From the IMG/VR virus record IMGVR_UViG_3300011441_000117, positions 1-37,626 of that record: a stretch of 37,626 nt of DNA; one strand, given 5' to 3'. The notes below the pieces were generated by a model, which made no database searches, was not told the DNA's origin, and was given only the letters and a program-made list of their open reading frames with translations. Positions within the stretch are counted from its first letter, which is position 1, and every line of letters begins with the position of its first letter. Source of the stretch: a virus. Taxonomy: Duplodnaviria; Caudoviricetes. This document shows, one piece after another, positions 34,534 through 37,626 of the stretch. The translations under genes were made by a program, and so were the position numbers.

Positions 34534-34887
34534 ATGGCAATTATGAAGTGGCTTCTCGTTCTGATGCTCGCGCAGGAAGCAATCACGCTCACCACGCCGA
34601 TCGCGAATCCGGCCAAGAGCACTTATGAGCCGGTGCGGCTCGCACTCTCCGTGCTGCCCCAACCGATGGTACAGGTGACGATCCGCGCGAACGATGGCGT
34701 CGAGGAGACATTCATGTATCCCTGTAAGCCTGGCGAGTGCTCGACGGATACGCCGGGTGAAGTGACGACGCTGATCACGGCTCTCAACACGGCGAATCTT
34801 ACGACGCGATCGCTCTGGCGGCGTGTCTTCGATCGGCTTGTCGCCGATTTCCCGTCGCGCTTTCCCGGCGGCGCGACGGTGCAGTAA
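34534..34887 (+). CDS. Hypothetical protein with short signal-peptide-like N-terminus
   Basis: MKWLLVLMLAQE start, directly after the fibre gene. Confidence 0.7.
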   Translation: MAIMKWLLVLMLAQEAITLTTPIANPAKSTYEPVRLALSVLPQPMVQVTIRANDGVEETFMYPCKPGECSTDTPGEVTTLITALNTANLTTRSLWRRVFDRLVADFPSRFPGGATVQ

Positions 34888-34903
34888 CGAAAGCCGTATC
34901 ACT

Positions 34904-35509
34904 ATGGCCGACGACCCGCGCCTCATCACGTTGTTAGAAGAGAATGCCGCCCTCAAGGCCGCCGCGCCCGCGCCCACGGCCGTCGGCCATAAGGCGGTGC
35001 AGTTCGTGTGGGCGGTGATCATTCTGTCGATCCTCGGCGTGGCCTCCGTCATCGTGCTGACGATCGTGCAGCCGGAGAAGGATAACTCGGCCGTCATCAA
35101 CTTGATCCTCGGGCTGCTCGTGCCCTCCGTCGTGGCACTGCTCGCGGCGGCCGTCCGCGAGAACCACCTGGCGATGAACTCGCGGATGACGGAGATGCTG
35201 AAGCTGCAACAGAAAGCCAGCCTCGCGGAGGGCGAACTCGTGGGCCGGGCCAAGGCGGACATCGTCAACGAACTGATGGCGGGGACGGGGCGCACGCTCA
35301 GCGATCACGACAGTTGGGAACGGGGCGAACGAGTGCAGACGCACGAGGCGATTGCCGAGAACACGCACCTCACGCGCAAGATTCTCGCGAAGGTGGACCC
35401 CACCGATCCGCGCGCCGGGGATGCGCCCGTCGTCGCCAAGCTCACGCAGATTGCGGAGAACACGGCGGCCACCGTGGAGGCTTTGAAGGAAGGCGACAAG
35501 GGTCCGTGA
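34904..35509 (+). CDS. Holin-like membrane protein (2 predicted TM helices)
   Basis: FVWAVIILSILGVASVIVLTIV and AVINLILGLLVPSVVALLAAAV. Stop overlaps the endolysin candidate start. Confidence 0.6.
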   Translation: MADDPRLITLLEENAALKAAAPAPTAVGHKAVQFVWAVIILSILGVASVIVLTIVQPEKDNSAVINLILGLLVPSVVALLAAAVRENHLAMNSRMTEMLKLQQKASLAEGELVGRAKADIVNELMAGTGRTLSDHDSWERGERVQTHEAIAENTHLTRKILAKVDPTDPRAGDAPVVAKLTQIAENTAATVEALKEGDKGP

Positions 35510-36003
35510 TCGACCTCTTCGCCCGCTACTTGATCCCGGCGGCCTATGCCGTGCTGCCCCCGGCGATGAACAGCCCGAGGGCGACGGCGATGCTGTTGAG
35601 TATCGGCGCTCAAGAGAGCGTCGGCTTTCGGCACCGACGTCAAATGGGCGGCGGGCCGGCACGAGGGTTCTTCCAGTTCGAGCGCGGGGGCGGCGTGAAG
35701 GGCGTCTGCACGCATCCCGAGACGCGCGATCATTTGCGTTCGGCGCTCGTGGCGCTGCGCTACGAAAAGGACATCGGGCAGACGGTGGCACTGTATCAGC
35801 ATCTCGAACATAACGACGTGTTGGCGGTCGTGTTCGCGCGGCTCCTCCTCTGGACCGTGAAAGCGCCGTTACCGGAGCCGGGCGCGTACGACGAGAGCTG
35901 GCGCAATTACATCGCGGGCTGGCGCCCCGGTAAACCGCATAGGGCTACCTGGAACGACTGGTACGATCAGGCGTGGGATCGCGTACAAGGTGAAGTGATA
36001 TGA
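35506..36003 (+). CDS. Endolysin candidate (lysozyme-like fold)
   Basis: LLSIGAQES...R.Q..GGPARGFFQFE...ARLLLW...WRPGKP pattern seen in phage lysis proteins (catalytic Glu in QES plus G..QF). Confidence 0.75.
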   Translation: MIDLFARYLIPAAYAVLPPAMNSPRATAMLLSIGAQESVGFRHRRQMGGGPARGFFQFERGGGVKGVCTHPETRDHLRSALVALRYEKDIGQTVALYQHLEHNDVLAVVFARLLLWTVKAPLPEPGAYDESWRNYIAGWRPGKPHRATWNDWYDQAWDRVQGEVI

Positions 36004-36710
36004 CGCCAGACATCCGGCCGTTCCTGCTGCGTGTGATTGAGCTACGGCCGCAACGCTGGGCCGAGAATACCTACCAGAGTTGCGCCGAGATCCTGACGCT
36101 CACCCTTTCGTTGGCGGGGCCGGAGTGGGCATTTGTCGGTAAGACCGCCGACGCCGATGGCCGCAGCGAGCAGCCGCCCGGCTTTGTCCCGTTCGACGTG
36201 TCGCTGATGCGGCCTGACGGGCAGTCGCAAACCATTCGCATTGTCGGAGTATCGCACGATGCGGCGTGGCATGTGCCGAGCGGCCGACAGGTGAAAGTGA
36301 TCGTGAACAGCGCGGCCAACAGCGACGATCGCCTGGAGATCCACGGCCCGGCCCGGATCGGCGGCGATGTCATTCCTGTCGCAGATTACCGCTGGCACAA
36401 TCCGCCCGTGCCACAGATGGGCGGCACGCCGCAGCCGGGGCCAACGCCGTCACGTATCCCGAGTTACGAAGCTATTGGCGGAGATGCGTTTTTTCGATCT
36501 GCTGTCGGCGTCCCGCTGGCGCAGGATGCGGCGCTGGCGAACGATCCACTCAATGACGGCACGGCCGTCTGGTTCTCGCGGCCGATTTACGATCTGATCG
36601 CCGCGCACCTGACGGGCGGCCCGGTGGACACGGCAGGGATCATCAAGCATCACCGACAAGACTGGCGAGCCGTGATGCCCAAGCCGCCGAACGGATGGCC
36701 GCCGCTGTGA
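36000..36710 (+). CDS. Hypothetical protein (two domains joined by a Pro-rich linker)
   Basis: 236-aa ORF with ATGA overlap and a PPVPQMGGTPQPGPTP linker. Confidence 0.7.
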   Translation: MTPDIRPFLLRVIELRPQRWAENTYQSCAEILTLTLSLAGPEWAFVGKTADADGRSEQPPGFVPFDVSLMRPDGQSQTIRIVGVSHDAAWHVPSGRQVKVIVNSAANSDDRLEIHGPARIGGDVIPVADYRWHNPPVPQMGGTPQPGPTPSRIPSYEAIGGDAFFRSAVGVPLAQDAALANDPLNDGTAVWFSRPIYDLIAAHLTGGPVDTAGIIKHHRQDWRAVMPKPPNGWPPL

Positions 36711-36859
36711 AGGCGACGCCGCGTCCGGAGAAAGGCGCCTGTTGGTGTTCGGCGGCGTGGCGTTCCACGCATCCGCGCAATCACCAAGATCGGTGCGTCG
36801 CGAAATGGAATCGGCTGCAGCGAGCGGCCGACGCCGCTGAACGGAAGGCGAAGCCATGA
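36707..36859 (+). CDS. Small hypothetical protein (50 aa; not in the ORF track)
   Basis: MKATPRPEKGACWCSAAWRSTHPRNHQDRCVAKWNRLQRAADAAERKAKP, with GTGA and ATGA overlaps at the two ends. Confidence 0.6.
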   Translation: MKATPRPEKGACWCSAAWRSTHPRNHQDRCVAKWNRLQRAADAAERKAKP

Positions 36860-37128
36860 GCGCGATCACGCCGTTATCAGCGGCACCCATGAGCGACAAG
36901 CCTCCGATCCTCGGTGACGGCCTGGCGCACATCAAAGCCCGCTTGGCAGAATTGCCGCTCGATAAGAAGGGCGCGCTCATTATTGCCGTCGAATGGCGCG
37001 CAGGCATTCCGATCATGCGGACAGGCGTGGCGGCGAAGATCGGGACGCACTGGACGCTCGCGGCGGACGTGCAGGCGAAGCTGAAAGAGAAACCAGACGC
37101 CCGGATCTTCGCCGCGTTCACGTGGTAA
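36856..37128 (+). CDS. Hypothetical protein ending in amphipathic beta-strands and terminal Trp
   Basis: ATGA coupling. C-terminus ARIFAAFTW. Confidence 0.6.
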   Translation: MSAITPLSAAPMSDKPPILGDGLAHIKARLAELPLDKKGALIIAVEWRAGIPIMRTGVAAKIGTHWTLAADVQAKLKEKPDARIFAAFTW

Positions 37129-37132
37129 GGCC

Positions 37133-37294
37133 ATGATCCCGAAAGTCATTCTGTGCCCCGCCTGCGGATCTGACGATACCGAACCGACGATCGGCAACGG
37201 CTACGTTTGCGAATCCTGCGGACACACGTTTCAAGTGATCGACGGGCGATCGCACGAGATCGAGGACGACGACGATGATCCCGAAGGACGATGA
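37133..37294 (+). CDS. Small Zn-ribbon protein (53 aa; not in the ORF track)
   Basis: MIPKVILCPACGSDD...YVCESCGHTF followed by an acidic tail. AAGG upstream. Confidence 0.65.
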   Translation: MIPKVILCPACGSDDTEPTIGNGYVCESCGHTFQVIDGRSHEIEDDDDDPEGR

Positions 37295-37613
37295 CGGCGA
37301 CATTAAGTACGACGACCTCGATGACGAGGACGAGGAAGAACGGAAGCCGACACGGCGCGCGCGATCGACGGCGGGTGTTTCCTCAGCGGAGACGCGGATG
37401 GTAGAGGAACCGCGCTGCCCGAGGTGTGGCGAAAGTGGCGACCTGATCGACGTGATGCAGCAGGGGTGGGCGTTCTGTAATGTCTGCGCCTGCCCCTTCA
37501 AAATTCGTGGTGAGGGTGTGTCCGTCCCGGCTGTGACTTCGGCACTCAGCCCCGACGAGGCCGGGAGCCCTCACCACGAACCGTCTAAGCCGCCGTCGGA
37601 TCGATCGGGCTGA
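37275..37613 (+). CDS. Acidic protein with Zn-ribbon
   Basis: Acidic N-terminus, then CPRCG...FCNVCACPF. Confidence 0.55.
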   Translation: MIPKDDDGDIKYDDLDDEDEEERKPTRRARSTAGVSSAETRMVEEPRCPRCGESGDLIDVMQQGWAFCNVCACPFKIRGEGVSVPAVTSALSPDEAGSPHHEPSKPPSDRSG

Positions 37614-37626
37614 AGCCGACAAGCCG

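Larger units (their letters stand above)
1..37626 (+). mobile_element. Tailed phage/prophage segment (podovirus-like, BPP-1/T7-type structural module)
   Basis: Continuous co-oriented replication, packaging, head, tail, ejection and lysis genes, many with ATGA/GTGA overlaps. No host housekeeping genes and no boundary or att site visible. Confidence 0.97.

Noticed and set aside
32044-37626. Diversity-generating retroelement (expected by analogy with BPP-1)
   Set aside because: No reverse transcriptase ORF and no TR/VR pair differing at adenines was seen in this window.

Overview
The whole window is one co-directional (+ strand) segment of a high-GC tailed-phage or prophage genome with podovirus-type architecture (BPP-1/T7-like structural module). 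Gene order: DUF6745-like gene pair, a ~360-nt highly structured intergenic region, replication initiator (with an embedded T5orf172/GIY-YIG-like domain), DnaB helicase, EndoVII-like nuclease, RusA, small hypotheticals, terminase small and large subunits, an inserted moron-like gene, GNAT, portal, scaffold, major capsid, cement protein, tail adaptor, nozzle, HNH endonuclease, three internal/ejection proteins, collagen-like and fibre-like proteins, holin/endolysin candidates and small Zn-ribbon ORFs. No integrase, tRNA, CRISPR or reverse transcriptase is visible. Four observations stand out. (1) The 2456-aa ejection protein carries an embedded GGDEF (diguanylate-cyclase-like) domain with no I-site plus an HExxH metallopeptidase-like domain, suggesting a virion-delivered second-messenger synthase. 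(2) The 1370-aa tail adaptor has two tandem adaptor domains fused to a ~900-aa appendage, which could build the 12-fold ring from 6 chains. (3) The major capsid protein, a fibre-like protein and the ORF after it have signal-peptide-like leaders. (4) There is a candidate large structured ncRNA upstream of the replication genes. All family calls come from motif recognition by eye; no searches were run.
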